The position numbers and the translations under genes were made by a program. The notes under the pieces are model-generated. The model did not search any database, was not told the origin of the DNA, and worked only from the letters and a program-made list of their open reading frames with translations. Shown one piece after another: positions 10,749-19,808 of a DNA stretch of 42,566 bases. The DNA is from an uncultured Bacilli bacterium. GTDB taxonomy: Bacteria > Bacillota_I > Bacilli_A > RF39 > UBA660. The stretch is from positions 1 through 42,566 of the forward strand of contig CANRDZ010000002.1 of NCBI GenBank assembly GCA_947629465.1, in the 5' to 3' direction. Numbering within the stretch: the first letter of the stretch is position 1; the number at the start of each line of letters is the position of its first letter.

Positions 10749-11192
10749 ATGAAAGTAGTTATTCAAAGAAGTAAAAATAGTAATGTAATGATAGATAATA
10801 AAATTTATAATAGTATAAATAAAGGTTTAGTCGTTCTATCTTGTTTTACTGAAGGAGATAGTATTGAAGATATAAATTATATCGTTAAAAAAATTGTTAA
10901 TTTAAGAATATTTGATGATGATAAAGGAATTATGAATAGAAGTATTATTGATATTAATGGAAGCATTTTATCAATTAGTCAATTTACATTATATGCTGAT
11001 ACCAAAAAAGGTAATAGACCTAGTTATATAAAAGCTTTAAATGGTTTAGAAGCAAATAAATTATATGATCTCTTTAATAAAGAATTAAGTAATATAGTAC
11101 CAACTTTAACCGGCGTTTTTGGGGCTGATATGCTAGTTAATATCGAAAATGATGGACCAATTACAATAATAATAGATAGTAAAAATAAATAA
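10749..11192 (+). CDS. dtd: D-aminoacyl-tRNA deacylase
   Basis: MKVVIQR start, SQFTLYADTKKGNRPS and GADMLVNIENDGPITIIID motifs. It lies directly downstream of rel, as in Bacillus. Confidence 0.93.
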   Translation: MKVVIQRSKNSNVMIDNKIYNSINKGLVVLSCFTEGDSIEDINYIVKKIVNLRIFDDDKGIMNRSIIDINGSILSISQFTLYADTKKGNRPSYIKALNGLEANKLYDLFNKELSNIVPTLTGVFGADMLVNIENDGPITIIIDSKNK

Positions 11193-11212
11193 TACTTTCA
11201 AAAGGATTAGTT

Positions 11213-11854
11213 ATGAATATATATGAAAATAAAAATATTTGTGCAAAATGTGGTGGAAAATGTTGTTTAGAAGGTGGATGTGATTATTTAGTTAGTGATA
11301 TTGAAGAATTTAATATTCAAAATTTTTGCGATTTACTTGAAAGTGGTAAAGCTTCCATAAAAGCAATTTTAAATGAAAATGAGATAGAAAGTAAAAAAAA
11401 CATTGAAGTAATTTTAATTTTAAAATCTCGTAATATAAATAGAGGAGCTATAGATTTAATTTCTATTGAAACACCTTGTTCATTATTAACTGCAACAGGT
11501 TGTTTTTATCCTTTTTTAAAAAGGCCAGGATTTGCTAGACACTTAATTCCCGATCCAAATTATGAATGTTATAGTGATTTAAATTATAAATCAGAATATT
11601 TAAAATGGCGCCAATATCAAAGTGTATTAGAAAATATTATAAAAGAAAAAACTGGTTTAAGTAAATATGAAGAATTTAGAAAAGAATTAGAGGAATTTTT
11701 TTATAATATTTTACATAGAAATTTTGAAGATGCGTCGGTTAAATCAATAAAAGAAGCTCATTTTCTTTTAAATTATCTTAAAAGGTATTATGAAAATGAG
11801 TATGAAAGAGCTCTAATTAATTCAAATAGTCCTAAATTAAATAAAAAAAGATAA
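11213..11854 (+). CDS. YkgJ-type cysteine-cluster (CxxCxxCC) protein, function unknown
   Basis: N-terminal CAKCGGKCCLEGGC matches the CxxCxxCC zinc/iron-chelating signature. A second C..C region (CSLLTATGCFYPFLKRP) follows. Confidence 0.5.
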   Translation: MNIYENKNICAKCGGKCCLEGGCDYLVSDIEEFNIQNFCDLLESGKASIKAILNENEIESKKNIEVILILKSRNINRGAIDLISIETPCSLLTATGCFYPFLKRPGFARHLIPDPNYECYSDLNYKSEYLKWRQYQSVLENIIKEKTGLSKYEEFRKELEEFFYNILHRNFEDASVKSIKEAHFLLNYLKRYYENEYERALINSNSPKLNKKR

Positions 11855-11893
11855 TTTAATTTACAAAAAAATATTTAAAGTTGTTGAATGTAA

Positions 11894-11922
11894 TTGACGC
11901 AAATTAAAAAAAGTAATAAAAT
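11894..11922 (+). promoter_or_regulatory. Sigma-A type promoter for the T-box/hisS operon
   Basis: TTGACG (11894-11899), a 17-nt spacer, then TAAAAT (11917-11922). Confidence 0.6.
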
Positions 11923-11929
11923 AATTATA

Positions 11930-12126
11930 GATTTTCTATAAAAAGACAAGTAATTTATTAATAAATACTTTAAAAGAGAAGACGGTTGGTGAAAAAGTCA
12001 AAGTAATTAATAAATGAAGACACTTTTAAATATGTAGAAACGCACAAGTGGTGTGATAAAAATTAAGGCCTAAAAATAAGGTGGTACCGTGCTAATTTTG
12101 CGCCCTTATGTTTTTAGGCTTTTTAT
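11930..12126 (+). promoter_or_regulatory. T-box riboswitch leader (probable His specifier CAC) with terminator/antiterminator
   Basis: Canonical T-box sequence AAUAAGGUGGUACCGUGC at 12075-12092 and an AGAGA element at 11975-11979. The candidate specifier CAC at 12043-12045 is followed by A. The terminator pairs AAGGCCTAAAAATAAGG with CCTTATGTTTTTAGGCTT (12065-12122) and ends in a T-run. Confidence 0.88.
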
Positions 12127-12148
12127 TTTTTTAGAAAGGATTTTAAAA

Positions 12149-13411
12149 ATGATAACTAAACCAAAAGGGACAACAGATATTACAGGTAATGATGCCTTAC
12201 TTTGGGAGTATGTTAATTCTGTTGTCAGTAATATTATGACTGCTTATAATTATGAGTATATTAGAACTCCTATTTTTGAGATGAGTGAATTGTATCATCG
12301 CAGTGTTGGAGAAAATTCTGATATAGTAAGAAAAGAAACTTATGATTTTAAAGACAAAGGCAATAGAAATCTTACCTTAAGGCCGGAAGGAACAGCTGGA
12401 GTAGTAAGAAGTTACTTGGAAAATAAATTATATGCCTCTCCTGATATTAAAAAATATTATTATAATGGTACAATGTATCGTTATGAAAGGCCCCAAACGG
12501 GAAGATTAAGGGAATTTACGCAATTTGGCGTAGAAGTAATAGGTAGTAATGATCCAATAATTGATGCTGAAGTAATTAGTTTACAATATCACCTTTTAGA
12601 AGCTTTACATATAAATAATTTACAAGTTAATATAAATACTTTAGGAGATGAAGAATCAAGAGCAAATTATAAAGAAGCATTATTAAAATATCTAAAGCCC
12701 CATATAAATGAATTATGTGAAGATTGTAAGGAAAGATTTAAAACAAATCCTTTAAGAATATTAGATTGTAAAATTGATGCTAATTCAGAAATTTTAAAAA
12801 ATGCTCCCAAGACTATTAATTATTTAACAAAAGACGCTAAAGATAGATTTGAAAAAGTTTTAAGATATTTAGATTTATTAGAAGTTGATTATGAAGTAAA
12901 TCCAAGAATAGTAAGAGGTCTTGATTACTATGATCATACAGTATTTGAAATTGTTTCTTTAGATAAAGAAGAAACAAGTCAAAGTGTTTTAGGTGGGGGA
13001 GGACGTTATAATAAATTAATAAAAGAACTAGGAAATAAAGATACATATGGTATTGGTTTTGCTTGTGGCATTGATCGTATTGTTAATATGATGAAAGAAA
13101 TAGAATTATATAAAAATGTTCAAAAAGAAATAGATTGTTATGTTATGTATGTATCTGAAGAAGAAAAATTACATGCTATAGAAATTGTTCAAAATTTAAG
13201 ATTAAATGGGGTAGTTACCGAAACGGATTCTTTAAATAAAGGCTTAAAAGGACAATTTAAGGAAGCGGACCGTTTAAATGCTAAATTTTTAATTATACTT
13301 AATAATGAGGATTTAAAAAAAGGTTTAGTTAATGTAAAAGATAACCATACAAAAGAAGAAGAAAAAGTTGATATAGATGAAATTGTCGAATACATTATTG
13401 GCAATTTATAA
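12149..13411 (+). CDS. hisS: Histidine--tRNA ligase
   Basis: Class IIa motifs RPEGTAGVVR, YRYERPQTGRLREFTQFG, GGGGRYN and GFACGIDR. The start is moved to ATG 12149 (AAAGGA at 12135-12140) because the track's 12089 start lies inside the T-box terminator. Confidence 0.95.
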   Translation: MITKPKGTTDITGNDALLWEYVNSVVSNIMTAYNYEYIRTPIFEMSELYHRSVGENSDIVRKETYDFKDKGNRNLTLRPEGTAGVVRSYLENKLYASPDIKKYYYNGTMYRYERPQTGRLREFTQFGVEVIGSNDPIIDAEVISLQYHLLEALHINNLQVNINTLGDEESRANYKEALLKYLKPHINELCEDCKERFKTNPLRILDCKIDANSEILKNAPKTINYLTKDAKDRFEKVLRYLDLLEVDYEVNPRIVRGLDYYDHTVFEIVSLDKEETSQSVLGGGGRYNKLIKELGNKDTYGIGFACGIDRIVNMMKEIELYKNVQKEIDCYVMYVSEEEKLHAIEIVQNLRLNGVVTETDSLNKGLKGQFKEADRLNAKFLIILNNEDLKKGLVNVKDNHTKEEEKVDIDEIVEYIIGNL

Positions 13412-13421
13412 GGAGGAAAAA

Positions 13422-14711
13422 ATGCAAAGAAGTTTAATAAATGAATTAAAAGAAAATGAATTTTCTAGAATTAGTGGCTGGGCTGAAAAAATTCGTGATA
13501 CCAAATATATGATTTTTGTTATTTTAAAAGATGCATCTGGTAAAATTCAAGTATCAATAGATAAAGAAAAAAATTCAGATATAGTAAAGAGTTTAGATGG
13601 CATTCTTGCAAATAGTATTTTAGAATTTTCAGGTACAATGCATTTAAGTGAATATGTTAAGCAAGGTGGTAAAGAATTTATACCTGATAGTATTAAAATA
13701 TTAAGTAGTGCATCTATGTTACCGATCGATGACACTGCTAATATTGATACTCGTCTTGATTATCGATGGATTGATTTAAGAAGTGAAAAAAATAACTTAA
13801 TGCTTAAAGTTCAATCAGCTTTTGTAGATGGTATGAGAAAATTTTTGATTAAAGAAAATTTTACTGAAATTCACACTCCCAAACTAATAGCAACAGCATC
13901 AGAATCTGGTAGTGAAGTTTTTGAAGTTAAATATTTTGATCGTAAAGCTTATTTAGCTCAAAGTCCTCAATTTTATAAACAAATGGCTATAGCTAGTGGT
14001 TTAGAAAGAATTTTTGAAATAGCACCAGCTTTTAGAGCTGAAAATTCAAACACTAATAGGCATACAACAGAATTTACTTCCTTTGATTTAGAGTTTGCTT
14101 ATATAGATTCTTATGAAGATGTTATGAATCTGGAAGAAGAGCTTTTAATCGCCGGTTTAAACAATGTTAAAAATCTTTATGAAAAAGAAATTAAAGAATA
14201 TTTTAATGTTGATGTTATTATACCTACAAGACCATTTCCAAGAATAAAATTAAAAGATTTATATCAAGAATTAAATCAAAGATATAATTATCAAATACCT
14301 AAACAAGATATTGGAGATATGAATGCTGAAGCAGAAAAACTTACAAGTAGATATGCTATGGAACAATATGGTCATGAATTTATTTTTGTAACCGATTTTG
14401 CTAAAACAAAAAGAGCTTTTTATCATATGAGAAAAAATGATATTCCTCAAGGTTTTGACCTTATTTGGAAGGGTACAGAAATTACTACTGGAGCTCAAAG
14501 AGAACATCGTTTTGAAGAATTAAGTAAGCAAGCTAAAGAAAAAGGTTTAGATAAAGATGTAGAATTTTACTTACAATTTTTTAAATATGGTTGTCCTCCT
14601 CATGGTGGCTTTGCAATTGGTATAGATAGATTAACAATGCTTTTATTAGGAATACCTTCATTAAAAGAAGAAATGTTTATTTTTAGAGGTCCTTCAAGAC
14701 TTACTCCGTAA
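13422..14711 (+). CDS. aspS: Aspartate--tRNA ligase, archaeal/eukaryal-type short form (possibly non-discriminating)
   Basis: 429 aa with no GAD insertion. It has an N-terminal OB domain, FRAENSNTNRHTTEFTSFDLE, GAQREHR, PPHGGFAIGIDRLTMLLLG and a C-terminal ..RLTP. I chose ATG 13422, which has a perfect AGGAGG at 13411-13416. Confidence 0.85.
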   Translation: MQRSLINELKENEFSRISGWAEKIRDTKYMIFVILKDASGKIQVSIDKEKNSDIVKSLDGILANSILEFSGTMHLSEYVKQGGKEFIPDSIKILSSASMLPIDDTANIDTRLDYRWIDLRSEKNNLMLKVQSAFVDGMRKFLIKENFTEIHTPKLIATASESGSEVFEVKYFDRKAYLAQSPQFYKQMAIASGLERIFEIAPAFRAENSNTNRHTTEFTSFDLEFAYIDSYEDVMNLEEELLIAGLNNVKNLYEKEIKEYFNVDVIIPTRPFPRIKLKDLYQELNQRYNYQIPKQDIGDMNAEAEKLTSRYAMEQYGHEFIFVTDFAKTKRAFYHMRKNDIPQGFDLIWKGTEITTGAQREHRFEELSKQAKEKGLDKDVEFYLQFFKYGCPPHGGFAIGIDRLTMLLLGIPSLKEEMFIFRGPSRLTP

Positions 14712-14727
14712 AAGAAAGGAAAAGAAA

Positions 14728-16092
14728 ATGGATTTAAGAGATTTATTTAATAATACTAAAAAATATTTAGATAAAGAAGTAACTTTATGTGGTTGGATTA
14801 GAAACCATCGTGATCAAAAAACTTTTGGATTTATTGATTTTTCTGATGGTACTTGTCAAAAACATTTACAAGTAGTATACGACGATAAAATTGATAATTT
14901 TACTGAAATTCAAAAATTACTTGTTGGTTGTGCTATAGCTATAACTGGAAAGATAGTAGAATCAAAAGGTAATCAAGAAATTGAAATGCAAGCTAGTAAA
15001 ATTGAACTTTTAGGTGAATGTCCTGAAGATTATCCAATTCAACCTAAAAGACACACAAGAGAATTTTTAAGAGAACAAGCTTATCTTCGCCCAAGAACAA
15101 ATTTATTTCAAGCAATTTTTAGAGTAAGAAGTATAACTGCATATGCTATCCATAAATATTTTCAAGAAAAAGGATATGTATATTTTCATGCTCCATTAAT
15201 AACATCAAGTGATTGCGAAGGGGCTGGCGAAATGTTTCAAGTTACAACTCTTCCTTTAAATAAAATAAAAGGAGATATTGATTATAGTAAAGATTTTTTT
15301 GGTAAATTAACAGGTTTAACAGTAAGTGGTCAACTTGAAGCCGAAACATTTGCAATGGCTTATAAAAAAACTTATACTTTTGGACCAACTTTTCGTGCTG
15401 AAAATTCAAATACTAAAACTCATGCTGCGGAATTTTGGATGATTGAACCAGAAATTGCTTTTTGTGATTTAGAAGGTGATATGGACATTATGGAAGACAT
15501 GCTAAAATATATTGTAAAATATGTTTTAGATAATGCTCCCGATGAAATGGATTTTTTTGATGCCTTTGTTGAAAAAGGTTTAAAAGAAAAACTTAACAAG
15601 CTTTTAAATAGTCATTTTACAAGAATAGATCACCATGATGTTATTAAACTATTAAAAGAAGCTCCCGTTAAATGGGAATTCGAGCCAACTTATGAAGGAG
15701 ATATAGCTAAAGAACATGAAAAGTATTTAACTGAATATTTTAATGGTCCAGTATTTATTAAAAATTGGCCTAAAGATATTAAAGCTTTTTACATGAAATT
15801 AAATGATGATAGCAAAACAGTTGCAGCAGTAGATTTAGAAGTACCCGGAGCAGGAGAACTTATGGGTGGTAGTCAAAGAGAAGAAAATTATGATAAATTA
15901 TTAAAACGAATGAAAGAATTAAATATGAAGGAAGACGGACTTGAATGGTATTTAAATTTAAGACGATATGGTGGATGTATTCATTCAGGTTTTGGAATGG
16001 GTTTTGAAAGATTATTAATATATTTAACTGGTGTTGATAATATTAGAGATGTAATTCCATATCCAAGAACTCCTAAATCATGCGATTATTAG
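14728..16092 (+). CDS. asnS: Asparagine--tRNA ligase
   Basis: FRAENSNTKTHAAEFWMIEPEIAF is the AsnRS motif-2 signature. GSQREE, HSGFGMGFERL and PYPRTP are also present. 454 aa. Confidence 0.92.
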   Translation: MDLRDLFNNTKKYLDKEVTLCGWIRNHRDQKTFGFIDFSDGTCQKHLQVVYDDKIDNFTEIQKLLVGCAIAITGKIVESKGNQEIEMQASKIELLGECPEDYPIQPKRHTREFLREQAYLRPRTNLFQAIFRVRSITAYAIHKYFQEKGYVYFHAPLITSSDCEGAGEMFQVTTLPLNKIKGDIDYSKDFFGKLTGLTVSGQLEAETFAMAYKKTYTFGPTFRAENSNTKTHAAEFWMIEPEIAFCDLEGDMDIMEDMLKYIVKYVLDNAPDEMDFFDAFVEKGLKEKLNKLLNSHFTRIDHHDVIKLLKEAPVKWEFEPTYEGDIAKEHEKYLTEYFNGPVFIKNWPKDIKAFYMKLNDDSKTVAAVDLEVPGAGELMGGSQREENYDKLLKRMKELNMKEDGLEWYLNLRRYGGCIHSGFGMGFERLLIYLTGVDNIRDVIPYPRTPKSCDY

Positions 16093-16110
16093 AAAGCGTT
16101 GAGGTTTTTA

Positions 16111-16413
16111 ATGAGTAAATTTACAAGTGAAATGGTTAATGAATATGCCAATAAATTATTAATTGGATTATCTAAAGAAGAAAATGAAATGGTTTTAAAA
16201 GAATTTGATATAATCGATCAAAATATTGATTTAGTAACAAAAATAAAAAATATAGATAAAGTAGAACCAATGACTCATGCTTTAGAGGATTTTGTTTATG
16301 AATTAAGAGAAGATATAGCAACTGAAAGTCCTACTATTGAAGAATTATTACAAAATTGTGATTCTTTTGAAGATAGAGAAATAGTTGTACCAAAAGTAGT
16401 AGGAGGGGATTAA
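16111..16413 (+). CDS. gatC: Asp/Glu-tRNA amidotransferase subunit C
   Basis: About 100 aa, immediately upstream of gatA and gatB, with the typical LAKL-like N-terminus and acidic C-terminus. I prefer ATG 16111 (GAGG at 16101-16104) to the track's TTG at 16099. Confidence 0.85.
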   Translation: MSKFTSEMVNEYANKLLIGLSKEENEMVLKEFDIIDQNIDLVTKIKNIDKVEPMTHALEDFVYELREDIATESPTIEELLQNCDSFEDREIVVPKVVGGD

Positions 16414-16415
16414 AA

Positions 16416-17879
16416 ATGAACCTTAATAAATCAATTGAAGAATTGCATGAATTATTAATAAATAATAAAATAACATCTAATGAATTAGTAGAAGAATCTT
16501 TAAAAAAATCAAAAGAAATAGAAGCAAAATGTAATGCTTTTGTAACAATTATTGATAATCCCAAAAAATCTGTAATTTCTGATAATTTACTTTCAGGTAT
16601 TCCCTTTGGAGTTAAAGATAATTATTCAACTAAAGGAATTTTATCAACTGGATCATCTAATACTTTAAAAGACTATGTTCCCTTTTTTAGTGCTACAGCA
16701 GTTTTAAAATTAGAAGAAGCTGGAGCAGTAATGGTTAATAAAACAGCAATGGATGAATTTGGAATGGGAGGATCAGGTACAACCTGCCATACTGGAGCAG
16801 TTAAAAATCCTTGGAATTTAAATAGAATGTGTGGTGGTTCTTCAGCTGGAAGTGCCGCCGCAGTTGCAAGTGGAGTATATCCTTTTGCTTTAGGTAGTGA
16901 TACAGGTGATTCAATTAGAAAACCAGCGGCATATTGTGGAATAGTAGGATATAAGCCAACATATGGTATGATTAGTAGATATGGTTTATTTCCTTTTGCC
17001 TCTAGTTTAGATACTTGTGGTTGTTTAACTAGAAGTGTAAAAGATGCTGCCATTGTTGTTGATGCAATGAAAGGCCTTGATGAAAAAGATCTAACTACTT
17101 GGGATTCTTCCAAAATAAATTTATATAATTCGTTAAATGGCAATGTAAAAGGTAAAAAATTATTTTATATTAAAGAACTAGCTAATATTGAAAGTTATAA
17201 AAATCCTAATGAAGAGCTTATTAAACATTTAGATAATTTTCATAAAACTTTAAATATATTAAAAGATATGGATGTCGAAATAGAAGAAGTGTCAATTGAC
17301 ACAAATTTGCTAAATGCCCTTCCAAGTGTTTACACATGTATATCTAGTGCTGAAGCTACAAGTAATATGTCAAATTTAACCGGTATAATTTTTGGCCCAA
17401 GAGGAGAGGGTGAAACTGTGGAAGAAATGATGAAAGATCATCGGACTAAAGGCTTTTCACCACTTATCAAAAGAAGATTTATTATTGGATCATATATTTT
17501 GCAAAAAGAAAATCAAGAAAGATATTTTGTTAATGCATTAAGAGTTCGAAGATTAATAGTGGATACAATAAAAGATTTATTTAAAAAATATGATGCTTTA
17601 ATTATGCCTGTAGGAAGTGGAATTGCTCCATATTTAGATGATGATAATGATATGATTGATAATAAAGAAACTAGAGTTTTAGAAGAACATTTACAAATTG
17701 GTAATTTTGGTGGTTTTCCATCCATTACTATTCCAAATGGTTTTATTAATAACATGCCTGTAGGCATTAATATTACAGGAAACTGTTATGATGATGCCAA
17801 TGTTTTAAATATTGCCTATGCTCTAGAAAATAAAATGGAATATAAAAATCAAATAGCAAAGGAGGGTTTAAATGAGTAA
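16416..17879 (+). CDS. gatA: Asp/Glu-tRNA amidotransferase subunit A
   Basis: Amidase signature GGSSAGSAAAVASG..LGSDTGDSIRKPAAYCG. 487 aa. Confidence 0.95.
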   Translation: MNLNKSIEELHELLINNKITSNELVEESLKKSKEIEAKCNAFVTIIDNPKKSVISDNLLSGIPFGVKDNYSTKGILSTGSSNTLKDYVPFFSATAVLKLEEAGAVMVNKTAMDEFGMGGSGTTCHTGAVKNPWNLNRMCGGSSAGSAAAVASGVYPFALGSDTGDSIRKPAAYCGIVGYKPTYGMISRYGLFPFASSLDTCGCLTRSVKDAAIVVDAMKGLDEKDLTTWDSSKINLYNSLNGNVKGKKLFYIKELANIESYKNPNEELIKHLDNFHKTLNILKDMDVEIEEVSIDTNLLNALPSVYTCISSAEATSNMSNLTGIIFGPRGEGETVEEMMKDHRTKGFSPLIKRRFIIGSYILQKENQERYFVNALRVRRLIVDTIKDLFKKYDALIMPVGSGIAPYLDDDNDMIDNKETRVLEEHLQIGNFGGFPSITIPNGFINNMPVGINITGNCYDDANVLNIAYALENKMEYKNQIAKEGLNE

Positions 17880-19299
17880 ATATAAAGCAGTAATTGGTTT
17901 AGAAATGCATTGCGAATTAAAAAGCAATTCCAAAGTATTTTCGCAAGCTAAAAATTCTTATAGTGAAATACCTAATAGCAATGTGTCCCCAGTTGACATG
18001 GCTTTTCCTGGAATACTTCCAACAATTAATAAAGAATCCGTAAGAGAAGCTTTATTAATGTCTTTAGTTTTAAATTGTACTCAACCCGAATATGTATATT
18101 TTGATCGTAAAAATTATTATTATCCTGATCTTCCTAAAGGATATCAAATTACCCAAATGCATGCTCCGATTGGTGTAAATGGCAAAGTAACAATTGATAT
18201 GGGAACATATAAAAAAGAAGTATTAATTCATGATATTCATTTAGAAGAAGATTCTGCTAGTTTAGATCATTATTCATTAGCATCTTTAATTAATTATAAT
18301 AGAGCAGGAGTTCCCCTTTTAGAGTTAGTAACAGAACCTTGTTTAAATTCTGCTTCTGAAGCTGTAGCATTTTTAGAATATATAAGAAGAGTTTATCAAT
18401 ATTGCGGAATATCTGATGCTGATACAAAAATGGGCCAAATAAGATGTGATGTTAACGTTTCAATAATGAATGAAGATGATAAAGAATTAGGAACTAAAGT
18501 AGAAATTAAAAATGTTAATTCTTTTTCAAATGTATATGATACCATTAATTATGAAATAAAAAGACAAAGTGAACTTAAAGACAGTGGAAAATATAATGAA
18601 GTAGAACAAGAAACTAGAAGATTTGACGAAGAAAGTGGAACAACAATTAGAATGCGTAGTAAAGTAGATGCTATTGATTATAAATATTTTGTTGAACCAA
18701 ATATTCCTAAATACAAAATATCAAATGAATGGTTAGAGGAAATTAAAAAAAGTATTCCCGTATTACCTCAAGAGAGAAAAGAAAAATACATAAATGAATT
18801 AGGTTTAAAAGAATATGATGCCAATATTATAATAAAAGAAAAAGATTATGCTGATTATTTTGAAGAATGTGTTAAATTAGGTATGGATGCTAAAATTGCT
18901 GCTAATTATTTAACAGTAAATATTATTGCTTATATTAATAAAGAAGATATTACCTTAAAAGAATTTTATTTAACTCCCATTTTATTAAATCAAATCATAT
19001 CTGAATTAAATAAAGGAACCATTTCATCCAAACAAGCTAAAGAAATTTTCAATAAATCTTTAGAAGAAAAAAAAGAACCAAAAACTTATATAACTAAAGA
19101 AAACACACAAATTTCAGATAAAGAAGAATTAGATAAAATAATCATTAATATTTTAGATAATAATCAAAAACAAATAATTGATTATCATAATGGCAAAACA
19201 AATCTTTTTGATTATTTTGTTGGACAAGTAATGAAAGAAACTAAAGGTAAAGCCAATCCATCTCTTGTCAAAGAAATTTTAAGTAAAAAATTGCAATAA
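17872..19299 (+). CDS. gatB: Asp/Glu-tRNA amidotransferase subunit B
   Basis: IGLEMHCEL, FDRKNYYYPDLPKGYQITQ, HLEEDSA and NRAGVPLLELVTEP motifs. It overlaps gatA by 8 nt. Confidence 0.95.
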   Translation: MSKYKAVIGLEMHCELKSNSKVFSQAKNSYSEIPNSNVSPVDMAFPGILPTINKESVREALLMSLVLNCTQPEYVYFDRKNYYYPDLPKGYQITQMHAPIGVNGKVTIDMGTYKKEVLIHDIHLEEDSASLDHYSLASLINYNRAGVPLLELVTEPCLNSASEAVAFLEYIRRVYQYCGISDADTKMGQIRCDVNVSIMNEDDKELGTKVEIKNVNSFSNVYDTINYEIKRQSELKDSGKYNEVEQETRRFDEESGTTIRMRSKVDAIDYKYFVEPNIPKYKISNEWLEEIKKSIPVLPQERKEKYINELGLKEYDANIIIKEKDYADYFEECVKLGMDAKIAANYLTVNIIAYINKEDITLKEFYLTPILLNQIISELNKGTISSKQAKEIFNKSLEEKKEPKTYITKENTQISDKEELDKIIINILDNNQKQIIDYHNGKTNLFDYFVGQVMKETKGKANPSLVKEILSKKLQ

Positions 19300-19316
19300 A
19301 AATATTGCTTTTTTTT
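19293..19316 (+). terminator. Weak rho-independent terminator after gatB
   Basis: GCAATA-AAAA-TATTGC hairpin overlapping the stop codon, followed by eight T residues (19309-19316). Confidence 0.45.
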
Positions 19317-19378
19317 ATAATCGACTTAAATTTACAATTATTTTAAAGTAGATATGCTACGATAAAATTGGTGATAGA

Positions 19379-19807
19379 ATGAAAAAAAATATTATTTTAA
19401 TTGGATCATCAATATTATTTGGAGTATTATTTACTTTTTTGATTTTAAATAAAGAAAATATTTATGCTAAAGAAGAATATATAGTTTACGCATTTCAAAG
19501 TGGGGAACATAAAAATTATGATAATGCCAGCAAAGATAATAGTATTCCATCAATAATAATATATGAAAATAATTTATATAAAGTTTATAATGCCATTTAT
19601 AAAGATATAGATTTAATAAATACAATGCTTGATTATTTTAATAATAAAAAAATAAATATATATTTAAAACAAATTAAAGTTAATAAATCATTTTATAATG
19701 CCCTAGATCAATATGAAAATATTGTAAAGAAAATTAATAATTCTAATAATTATGATCAAATAAATAAAAGTATTTTAAATCTCTATTTAGAAAGCATTGG
19801 GGTCTAA
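19379..19807 (+). CDS. Membrane-anchored hypothetical protein, possibly with a degenerate SPOR-like fold
   Basis: N-terminal TM (IILIGSSILFGVLFTFLIL). The extracytoplasmic part has a beta-alpha-beta pattern (YIVYAFQSGEH..NASK....LYKVYNAIYKD) loosely like SPOR. Its stop is 1 nt from the mreC start. Confidence 0.5.
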   Translation: MKKNIILIGSSILFGVLFTFLILNKENIYAKEEYIVYAFQSGEHKNYDNASKDNSIPSIIIYENNLYKVYNAIYKDIDLINTMLDYFNNKKINIYLKQIKVNKSFYNALDQYENIVKKINNSNNYDQINKSILNLYLESIGV

Positions 19808-19808
19808 A

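Noticed and set aside
12089-12148. 5' extension of hisS in the ORF track (MLILRPYVFRLFIFLERILK)
   Set aside because: These codons lie inside the T-box terminator stem and T-run. The real start is ATG 12149, which has an AAAGGA RBS. Similar 5' over-extensions were trimmed for aspS (13377 to 13422), gatC, mreC, ruvA and others.
12837-13404. Two minus-strand ORFs (12837-13046 and 13189-13404) inside hisS
   Set aside because: Antisense shadow ORFs. hisS class II motifs are unambiguous on the plus strand.
13547-14507. Minus-strand ORFs 13547-13735 and 14271-14507 inside aspS
   Set aside because: Antisense shadow ORFs.
16334-16564. 76-aa minus-strand ORF over the gatC/gatA junction
   Set aside because: Antisense shadow ORF.
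16673-17143. 156-aa minus-strand ORF inside gatA
   Set aside because: It is antisense to the amidase-signature region of a clearly genuine gatA. It has no RBS and no recognisable motifs, and it arises from a locally GC-richer, stop-poor stretch.
17513-17767. 84-aa minus-strand ORF inside gatA
   Set aside because: Antisense shadow ORF.
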